Below are positions 38,354 to 45,519 of a stretch of 64,000 bases of DNA, piece after piece; the stretch's first letter is position 1; every line of letters begins with the position of its first letter. A program made the position numbers and the translations under genes. The notes under the pieces were generated by a model that ran no database searches, was not told the DNA's origin, and saw nothing but the letters and a program-made list of their open reading frames with translations. The DNA is from Leptolyngbyaceae cyanobacterium (GTDB lineage Bacteria; Cyanobacteriota; Cyanobacteriia; Phormidesmidales; Phormidesmidaceae), in the NCBI GenBank assembly GCA_965263355.1, contig CBDHHL010000035.1, forward strand, positions 18,255-82,254, written 5' to 3'.

Positions 38354-39466
38354 ATGGAATTAAATCAAGTTATTCAAGGCGATTGCTTGGAAGTGATGAA
38401 CGGCATCCCTGATAGCAGCATTGATCTAATAGCAACTGACCCGCCTTTTTTTAAGGTAAAAGGGGGCGGTTCTAAAGGCAAATTCGAATGGTGGGATCGC
38501 GCCTGGGATAATTCAGCAGAATTCTTGAGATGGATTGACCAGCTAGCCGCACAATGGCAACGCATCTTAAAGCCTAATGGCAGCCTGTATTGTTTCGCGA
38601 GCACAAAAATGTCAGCACGAGTTGAGGCGTTGTTGAGTGATCGTTTTAATGTGCTGAACAATATTCGATGGCGAAAGGAACAAGGAAGACATAAAGCATC
38701 ATGCAAAGAAATTCTTAGAGGCTATTTCCCTGCATCGGAATCAATTATCTTTTGTGAACATTACGGCGCAGATAACGCAGCTAAAGGCGAAGCAGGTTAT
38801 CAGGCAAAGTGTGATGAGTTAAGAGGATTTGTTTTTGAACCGTTGCGAGCATATCTAGATGGAGAGAGGACCAAAGCCAAAATTGCACATAGACGAATAA
38901 TACATATTCTTGGGATGCGGGGGCATGACTCGCATTTTTTTAGCCCTATTCAATGGAAGTTACCTCTAGAAGACCAATACAAAACCCTCCAAGACTCATT
39001 CCCCGGTTACTTTCAACGCCCATACGAAGAACTACGTCAGCAATACGAAGAACTACGTCAGCAATACGAAGAACTGCGTAGACCGTTTATCGTATCGTCA
39101 GACGTACCCTACACCGATATATGGGACTTTCCGACAGTGCAAGGCTACCCAGGTAAGCATCCATGCGAGAAGCCATTGGCCATGATGGCGCACATCATAA
39201 ACGCTAGCTCTAAGCCTAATTCAGTAGTTCTAGATTGCTTTTGCGGTTCCGGCAATACTCTAGTAGCGGCCAAAAAGCATGGACGACATTTTATCGGGAT
39301 TGATATTGATCCTCATTGGGCAGATGTAGCCCGTGGCAAAGTCGGCAAAGAACAAAGCTTTGTATCACAGCAGGCTAGATTAGACTGGCTAAAACAACAG
39401 ACCGCAACGACTGAGGAAGCCCCCAAAAAGCAGCAGCTAAACTTATTGGATTTACTTGCAAGCTAG
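38354..39466 (+). CDS. Beta-class N4-C/N6-A DNA methyltransferase
   Basis: DLIATDPPF...HPCEKP...VLDCFCGSG motif order. Confidence 0.9.
   Translation: MELNQVIQGDCLEVMNGIPDSSIDLIATDPPFFKVKGGGSKGKFEWWDRAWDNSAEFLRWIDQLAAQWQRILKPNGSLYCFASTKMSARVEALLSDRFNVLNNIRWRKEQGRHKASCKEILRGYFPASESIIFCEHYGADNAAKGEAGYQAKCDELRGFVFEPLRAYLDGERTKAKIAHRRIIHILGMRGHDSHFFSPIQWKLPLEDQYKTLQDSFPGYFQRPYEELRQQYEELRQQYEELRRPFIVSSDVPYTDIWDFPTVQGYPGKHPCEKPLAMMAHIINASSKPNSVVLDCFCGSGNTLVAAKKHGRHFIGIDIDPHWADVARGKVGKEQSFVSQQARLDWLKQQTATTEEAPKKQQLNLLDLLAS
39022..39078 (+). repeat. 21-bp in-frame tandem repeat (YEELRQQ, about 3 copies)
   Basis: atacgaagaactacgtcagca twice plus a partial third copy. Confidence 0.85.
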
Positions 39467-39628
39467 GGCTCAACCATCAATCAGGGGATTAGTGTCTTGA
39501 CCACATCGACAATATCTAAATAATCTATCAACCACGTCAAACCAATAACGACGAGGGCAGAAAGCGTAACCAAGCTTAAAATTTAACTAGCAGCCAAAAT
39601 GTGGAAGCAGGATTAGATATTTCTAATA

Positions 39629-40717
39629 ATGATGCATAGAATCCCAGAGCTACTTAAGCGGAACAGCCTGATAGGGGCTGCTATTGTTGGGCCAGACGGA
39701 AAGTTCTGGGATGTAAATGAGACTCTGTGTGAAATACTGGGTTATCAACGAGAAACGTTGCTGCGCCTAACGTTCCAGCAGATCAGCCATCCTGAAGATC
39801 TAACGCCTCAGGTCAACCCATTCCGCAGCGTAATCAATGGAGAACTTAAATCTTTCACGCTGAAAAAGCGCTACAAGCATGGACAAACAGCAGAATGGAT
39901 CTCTTGCACGTTGCACTGCGAAGGATTCCATTCTGAGTCTGGAGAATTCCTTTATTTCTTTTCCCAAGTCAGTAAGCTTGGCGACAAAGAGCTGACAGAG
40001 GTTGAAACACAAAGGCTTTCAGAAATAAAATACGCAATCAACAACAACGGATTTGCCCTGCATTATCAGCCGATAGTTGACCTGAAAACCGATGAGACCG
40101 TTGGTTATGAGGCGTTGTCACGATGGGCAAAAGACAATGAATTAATCTTCCCAGGGGATTTCTTGCCTTTACTGAGAAAGGCAAACAGTGAACACTTACT
40201 GTGCTACTGGGTAATTGAGCAAACCCAGGCAGATTCAATCAAGATTGGCCAGTGGATCAGCTTTAATATCAGCCCATTCACTCTAGCTAGAGCAGATTGG
40301 CACGATCAAAAGCTGCCTGTTAGAGGGCATATGGAGATATTGGAGACTGAGGCTGTTTCTGAGGAGATTCAGAGCCGGATTCAGTCAGCTAGGCGGACAG
40401 GCGTAAAGATCGCCCTGGACGATTTTGGCACCGGATACTGCAGCTACGATAGATTGCTGAAAGGCCAAGTTGACCTAGTAAAGCTCGATAGATCTATTAT
40501 TAGTGGCCTGCCTGCTCGCGAATCCAGAGTAATGGTTGACGCAATTGTGGCGCTATCGCAAAAACTCAGCATCAAAGTTATCGCTGAAGGCGTGGAAACC
40601 CAGCAACAGGCCGACATGTTGAAAGCAATCGGCTGTGACATGGCGCAGGGCTATTTGTTCGGTCGGCCTGCGCCACTACCCGCGATCACTCGCTCTTCGT
40701 CGGGGGCCATTCACTAG
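39629..40717 (+). CDS. PAS-EAL c-di-GMP phosphodiesterase
   Basis: PAS (VNETLCEILGY...ISHPEDL); EAL motifs YQPIV, GYEAL, FNISP, EILE, DDFGTGY, KLDRS, AEGVE, QGY. Confidence 0.9.
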   Translation: MMHRIPELLKRNSLIGAAIVGPDGKFWDVNETLCEILGYQRETLLRLTFQQISHPEDLTPQVNPFRSVINGELKSFTLKKRYKHGQTAEWISCTLHCEGFHSESGEFLYFFSQVSKLGDKELTEVETQRLSEIKYAINNNGFALHYQPIVDLKTDETVGYEALSRWAKDNELIFPGDFLPLLRKANSEHLLCYWVIEQTQADSIKIGQWISFNISPFTLARADWHDQKLPVRGHMEILETEAVSEEIQSRIQSARRTGVKIALDDFGTGYCSYDRLLKGQVDLVKLDRSIISGLPARESRVMVDAIVALSQKLSIKVIAEGVETQQQADMLKAIGCDMAQGYLFGRPAPLPAITRSSSGAIH

Positions 40718-41209
40718 GTTGGTGATATCTGCCCCATCTTTGTGACTGTATGTTCTTTTGTCCAGCCGGTGCAATCGGTCAATCATCCAATTGATCGCCC
40801 TGCTTGTTGGCTCTAGCACTCTCAATAACAACTGAGCAATCTCAACAAGCCCATCAACCCGTTCCATGGTCCTGTGCAGTGTTCTAGCATCTCCTCCAGT
40901 GGCCGCTACAGCCTGTTCTACTTTGATGCCCCATTCCCTGTATTCGTCGTAGCCAGCTATTAGTGCCGCCATCGTCGAGTCACTTTCCGAGACTTTCTTT
41001 ATTAAAGTCTCCATCCTGGCTTCCAAGTCTCGGAGTCTAGCAGCATTCCGCTCGTCAGCTTGTCCAGAGAGTCGAAACGCTTCTCCTATACTGCTTGTGA
41101 CCGATTTGTCGATCATTGCCTGGAGATCAGCGCGAGTAAGTCTCCGTCCAGTGCCTGTCCCGCTTGTCGGTAACCCTGAACTGTCTGGGATAGTGGCCAT
41201 AGATAGCAC
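40676..41209 (-). CDS. Coiled-coil hypothetical protein
   Basis: 177 aa, helical. Confidence 0.55.
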   Translation of the reverse strand: MLSMATIPDSSGLPTSGTGTGRRLTRADLQAMIDKSVTSSIGEAFRLSGQADERNAARLRDLEARMETLIKKVSESDSTMAALIAGYDEYREWGIKVEQAVAATGGDARTLHRTMERVDGLVEIAQLLLRVLEPTSRAINWMIDRLHRLDKRTYSHKDGADITNLVNGPRRRASDRG

Positions 41210-41244
41210 TGAGGAGAAAGATTCTTTTATAGGTTAGCCTATTA

Positions 41245-42264
41245 GTGAGTATTCTATTCCTGAAAATGAACTCGCCAAAACTTGAAATAACGGAACCCGG
41301 ATACCAGCCAGCTTTGATTTCCGTAAAGGATCGCTGGGGAGAATACAATATCCTGGGAATTGGCAGAAAAGATAATGATTATATGCCAATGGTCGTTTTC
41401 CGCGACCCACCACAGGCATTGTCTCGATCCCAAGTCACTGTAACAGGAGTGGAAGGCGCTGACGGACTAGTGCTGTGGGTTCGAGACGGAGGACCGAAAT
41501 TTCAGGGAGAAATTAATACTCCGATAAAATGGGGCGTTATCAACGGCCAGCCAGAGATCGGCGCTGATAACGCGTGGAAGAAAAGCGCTTATGGGACCTG
41601 GATAAACCAGGAGGCACTGTCCCCCTACGGCTGGACTGTATTTAGAGTTAGCGATCTCTTAACGTTTGGCAGAGAACTAAAATATCCAATGCTGGCTGGT
41701 TATTCAATTCGCCACACCATTGAAGAAACGGGCGGCACTGGACACAATGCCGGGACCGTTTCATACTCAGCCGCCGAAGTGTGGCGACAGGAATCAAGGC
41801 GGGCCAAAACCGAAGGCACTATGTTGCTAACAGTGCCTAGCAGCAAGAAAAGCTTGGCTGTGATCCAAGAGATTGACTCCACTGCAGAATTAATCCTAGG
41901 AGCGTCGCCAGGGGAATTACAAGACGCAGAAGGGTCGATTAGCCTGCAGGACCAATTTTTGTTTGAGCAAGAAATAAAATTAAATGAAATGGTCTCTGAA
42001 GCCATGGTTTATGACCGCTCGTTTGTGGGGAATTTCACCACGATCTCAGGTCAAGAAATTTCGCTAAACCTAAGGCGGCGCATCATCAATAATGAGCCGC
42101 CGGTTTTATTCGCATGGCTCGCATTAAACGTCAATGCCACCGAGGCAAGCGCGCCGCAAAGTGACTGGAAAGCTGAAGCTGTTAAGTTCGCCAACCAACA
42201 CCCATGGATCGCGGCATTGGTTGGAATCGCTATAGCAATTATCTTTTCCCTTCTATCTAAATGA
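41245..42264 (+). CDS. Hypothetical protein with a C-terminal transmembrane helix
   Basis: 339 aa; WIAALVGIAIAIIFSLL at the C-terminus. Confidence 0.65.
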   Translation: MSILFLKMNSPKLEITEPGYQPALISVKDRWGEYNILGIGRKDNDYMPMVVFRDPPQALSRSQVTVTGVEGADGLVLWVRDGGPKFQGEINTPIKWGVINGQPEIGADNAWKKSAYGTWINQEALSPYGWTVFRVSDLLTFGRELKYPMLAGYSIRHTIEETGGTGHNAGTVSYSAAEVWRQESRRAKTEGTMLLTVPSSKKSLAVIQEIDSTAELILGASPGELQDAEGSISLQDQFLFEQEIKLNEMVSEAMVYDRSFVGNFTTISGQEISLNLRRRIINNEPPVLFAWLALNVNATEASAPQSDWKAEAVKFANQHPWIAALVGIAIAIIFSLLSK

Positions 42265-42275
42265 TGGCAAAAACC

Positions 42276-42479
42276 TCAATCACCATTGTTTTTTAACGCG
42301 TCAAACAGGTTACTGACTGCTAATGCAGATAGCTCTATCCTGTTCGTCACCCGACCGTCCGTCGTCTCTATTAGCCTTCCCTGAGAAGTCTCAGGGTCTA
42401 GGTAAAGTGTGATTATCTGCTCGACTGATTGTGAGTCTACGGACTCACGATAACTATGTCGAGATATAATTTCTATCAT
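42276..42479 (-). CDS. Hypothetical protein downstream of the CRISPR array
   Basis: 67-aa ORF. Confidence 0.45.
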   Translation of the reverse strand: MIEIISRHSYRESVDSQSVEQIITLYLDPETSQGRLIETTDGRVTNRIELSALAVSNLFDALKNNGD

Positions 42480-42557
42480 TTTGGAAGAATGGGCTCATTT
42501 ACACAACTAGTATCCCAAGCTAGCTGAGAGTAATAACTAGAGTCCATGTCTTCTTTG

Positions 42558-42886
42558 GTTTCAGCCCCTTGAAACGGATTGAAGCCTTGGCAGCGTATAG
42601 CACCATGCCCCGCAAATCAGGGAACGTTACAGTTTCAGTCCCTTGGTAGGGGTTGAAGCCTTGGCAGCTATCTGCATCATTACTTACTGCATTACTGCGA
42701 TGATGTTTCAGTCCCTTGGTAGGGGTTGAAGCTTTGGCAGCTCAGGACCGCATAGACCAGCTCAAGCCAATAACAGGTTTCAGTCCCTTGGTAGGGATTA
42801 AAGCTTTGGCAGCTTGGCTCATGGCTAATAGTTCGTTTCCACCAGGTGCGTTTCAGTCCCTTGGTAGGGATTAAAGCTTTGGCAGC
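42558..42886 (-). CRISPR. CRISPR array, 5 x 37-nt repeats, 4 spacers of 35-37 nt; consensus GCTGCCAAAGCTTTAATCCCTACCAAGGGACTGAAAC
   Basis: Repeats at 42558-42594 (most degenerate), 42632-42668, 42705-42741, 42777-42813 and 42850-42886; internal TCCCT/AGGGA hairpin; 3' GAAAC; divergence increases leftward, implying - strand orientation. Confidence 0.96.
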
Positions 42887-43018
42887 GTAAACAGCTGCAT
42901 CCCTTTAGCCGCAAGGCTTTTATGAGCGATTCTGGCAAAGCTCAGAAAATGGCAATTTTGCCAAAGCTTTAATCCCTGTTTTTCAAGGTTCTTCTTTTGG
43001 CCTCGCTTAGCTTTGCCA
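42887..43018 (-). promoter_or_regulatory. CRISPR leader with inverted motifs and a 19-nt anti-repeat
   Basis: tggcaaagctcag (42933) / cttagctttgcca (43006) inverted pair; 42959-42977 is an inverted copy of repeat nt 3-21. Confidence 0.65.
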
Positions 43019-43208
43019 AAAAAAGTTGAGACTGTTCGCCATAGATCCGGCGAATCTATAAGGGCCTTACGGACTCCTTTTGCTCCTATCTTGCCTTTCG
43101 GCTGGTGTTTATCGGTTTCCCGACAAAAGATACCCATAGCCCCCTAGAGAACCTTAGCGCTGAAGCCATCCAACAACGTTTCCGCTGCCTTGTCGCCCAA
43201 ACTGCGAT
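43019..43208 (-). ncRNA. Candidate tracrRNA/scaffold RNA (about 190 nt)
   Basis: Upstream TTGGCG-17-TAATAT promoter; GNRA hairpins; CAGTCTC complementary to repeat GGGACTG; ends in a U-run. Confidence 0.6.
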
Positions 43209-43214
43209 GTCCTT

Positions 43215-43243
43215 ATATTAGCGTGTTATATTTTGTACGCCAA
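43215..43243 (-). promoter_or_regulatory. Promoter for tracr/array transcript
   Basis: -35 TTGGCG (43238-43243), 17 nt, -10 TAATAT (43215-43220). Confidence 0.55.
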
Positions 43244-43259
43244 GTATTTTTTAATATAA

Positions 43260-43460
43260 ATGGGAAAAGAGAATAGAGAAGGCAGGATTTACGCGCGCAT
43301 CAAGCAAAGCCGTAAACAAAAGCTAGAGCAGTATTGTAGACTTTGGGATATATCGATAGCAGACCTATTGGAACGCTTTATTGATATGCTGCCAGAGCTG
43401 CCGCAAAACGACGTACAAAATAATGAAGACGATCAAGGTAAAAGTCCAGCCGACTCCTGA
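43260..43460 (+). CDS. Ribbon-helix-helix regulator upstream of the effector
   Basis: RIYARI...KQKLEQYC...SIADLLERFIDML. Confidence 0.7.
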   Translation: MGKENREGRIYARIKQSRKQKLEQYCRLWDISIADLLERFIDMLPELPQNDVQNNEDDQGKSPADS

Positions 43461-45144
43461 AACACTGATTAAATACGAGAAAATTTGCAGAGAGCTTGAA
43501 TGGTTGTGGAACTATGTGAGGGCCGTAGCCTTACATAATCACTGCCTTGAATGGTATGCGTGGGCCGAGGGGAAAGGCGCTGACTTGTCAGGCTGCATTA
43601 GAACGCCGTTACGCTTTTCAAAGAGTGGCGGTTGGAATGGAGCGACTTGTCAGATTGCTAAAGGGGGTCCGTATTTTAAGAAGTCAGATAAAGCTCCTTT
43701 AATCCACTATGACGATGGCAAAACGAAACAAGGCTATGAATTAGTAGCTGGGGATAAGCCATATGAGCCAATAAAGCCAGAGCGTCATAGATATCGCGAA
43801 GTCTCTTATTCAAGTAAAGGCAACTCAATGACCCGTTCCAGTAAAAGCACCTCAATAACCCGCGAGCTAAAAGGAAAAGGTTGGGGCCTAGACAATATGG
43901 CGTTACTAAATGCGTCACGAAGTTCTCAGGGTCTTGATGAATTAACTTGCCATAGCGATTTTGTTGGAGGGCTACTAGCTGACTTTGAAGTTGCTTGGAA
44001 GGCTTATTTAGACGGGAAACTGCCCGCCAGAAAGCAGCCAAAGTATAAGGACGGCAAGCAGTGTAAAATTAGCACGTTGAACAATAATCAAAAAGCCATC
44101 CCGTTCAAAAAAGGACAATTCGACGGTCAAGGCTTAGTTTTAGAACCGTGCGATCGCAGCTATTCAAAAAGACTCGAAGGCTATGTAATAAAGACTTACA
44201 AACTGATATTAAAACCGAGTGGCTTCTATCTATGCCTAACTACTCAAAGTGAAGCGGAAGAAGAAAATAGATTAGAACTTAAACGACAAAAAAGAGTTTT
44301 AACCGCTATCAAGAAAAAAGTTATTGATGGCATTAAAGGGGAAAAGGAGCAAGCCAAGGCGTTAGCTAACAGTGAAGACTATCAAACGGCATTAGCCAAG
44401 AAAAAGTCAATAGAAAATGAGCTGCCATACTTGCTAATAGAAGACTCAAAATGCGCTAAACGAACCGGGCATATGGCGGGCATTGACCCTGGCGTTAAGG
44501 CAATTGTAGCGACTGACGAAGGTCATTTATTTAATCCTAACGAAAGCAGACAACGAATACACAATCATATTGAAAAGCTGCAATCCAAGCTTGATATTAT
44601 GATTGAGAAAAATGATAAGCGGCTAGGACAAAAATGGAAGGGAGGGCAGCGGCGAGCCTCCAATAACGAGCAAAAACTTAGGGGCAAAATATCCAGACTT
44701 CATGAGCGAGCCGTTAATAGTTCAAATGCTTTCAATCATAAATTATCAACCAGGTTAGCCAGAACTTATGATGTCATTGCTTGGGAGGCTACGGCGTTAA
44801 CTAACATGGGGAGGCAGACAACGCCTAAATTAGCTGAAGATGGAAGTTATTACGAGCAAAACGGCAGAACAGCTAAGGCAGGATTGAACAGATCCTTGAA
44901 AATAGCCTGTATGGGCGACCTTAGAACTAAAACAAAATCTAAATTAGAGGAAGCCGGGAAATTATACATAGAGACGGAGGCTAGATACTCATCACAACGC
45001 TGTCATTGTTGCGGGGGAAAAGGCATCAGGCCAGCCCAAGATACGTTTATTTGCGTAAATGAGAGCTGTAGCCTATTTGAACAGAAGCAAAATGCAGATG
45101 TTAACGCCGCAAGGAACCACAAGAAAAGAGGAATTACAGAATAA
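43423..45144 (+). CDS. cas12: Compact type V CRISPR effector (Cas12/TnpB superfamily), 573 aa, RuvC intact
   Basis: MKTIKVKVQPT N-terminus; RuvC-I AGIDPG, RuvC-II IAWE, Zn finger SQRCHCCG...FICVNESC, RuvC-III NADVNAARN; adjacent array. Confidence 0.85.
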   Translation: MKTIKVKVQPTPETLIKYEKICRELEWLWNYVRAVALHNHCLEWYAWAEGKGADLSGCIRTPLRFSKSGGWNGATCQIAKGGPYFKKSDKAPLIHYDDGKTKQGYELVAGDKPYEPIKPERHRYREVSYSSKGNSMTRSSKSTSITRELKGKGWGLDNMALLNASRSSQGLDELTCHSDFVGGLLADFEVAWKAYLDGKLPARKQPKYKDGKQCKISTLNNNQKAIPFKKGQFDGQGLVLEPCDRSYSKRLEGYVIKTYKLILKPSGFYLCLTTQSEAEEENRLELKRQKRVLTAIKKKVIDGIKGEKEQAKALANSEDYQTALAKKKSIENELPYLLIEDSKCAKRTGHMAGIDPGVKAIVATDEGHLFNPNESRQRIHNHIEKLQSKLDIMIEKNDKRLGQKWKGGQRRASNNEQKLRGKISRLHERAVNSSNAFNHKLSTRLARTYDVIAWEATALTNMGRQTTPKLAEDGSYYEQNGRTAKAGLNRSLKIACMGDLRTKTKSKLEEAGKLYIETEARYSSQRCHCCGGKGIRPAQDTFICVNESCSLFEQKQNADVNAARNHKKRGITE

Positions 45145-45347
45145 TGCAAGCCTCAATCACCATCTCCATACGCTCAAAAACCCTGGCTAAAGCTCAACAG
45201 CTAAACATCCCGGTTGAAGTGATTTTGAGCGAGGAGCTATCAAGGGTGGCCGACAGGCTCCTGCTGCCTTTGATTCAGGAATACGGAATGAACTGCGATA
45301 GAACCGATTACGTCCCAAGCTGGATAGAGCAATCGGCCCAGCCATAA
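45144..45347 (+). CDS. Small RHH/antitoxin-like protein
   Basis: SITISI...AKAQQLNIPV..IL.EEL; TAATG coupling to the effector. Confidence 0.5.
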   Translation: MQASITISIRSKTLAKAQQLNIPVEVILSEELSRVADRLLLPLIQEYGMNCDRTDYVPSWIEQSAQP

Positions 45348-45519
45348 GATGGATGCCGATTTTCAGTTGCCAGCAGCTGCATTCACTAACTCACGAATGG
45401 CGAGAAAGATCTAACCATTATGCCGTCTTAGTTGTGCATTATTTCCTAAGCCAGGGCTAAACCCTTGGCGTACAACAATGATGATATCATGCTTTGTGGT
45501 GTGTTAAGCAGGTTTAACG

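Noticed and set aside
42814..42849. Self-targeting by this spacer (matches near 13159 and 33383)
   Set aside because: Only about 10-nt matches, expected by chance
42871..43137. 88-aa ORF on the - strand
   Set aside because: Overlaps the repeat, leader and hairpin-rich tracr candidate; better explained as non-coding RNA
43423..45144. IS200/IS605 or IS607 insertion sequence (TnpB with TnpA)
   Set aside because: No Y1 transposase is present; the nearby recombinase is a large serine integrase with recombinase and Zn-ribbon domains, not a short IS607 TnpA; a CRISPR array and tracr-like RNA are adjacent
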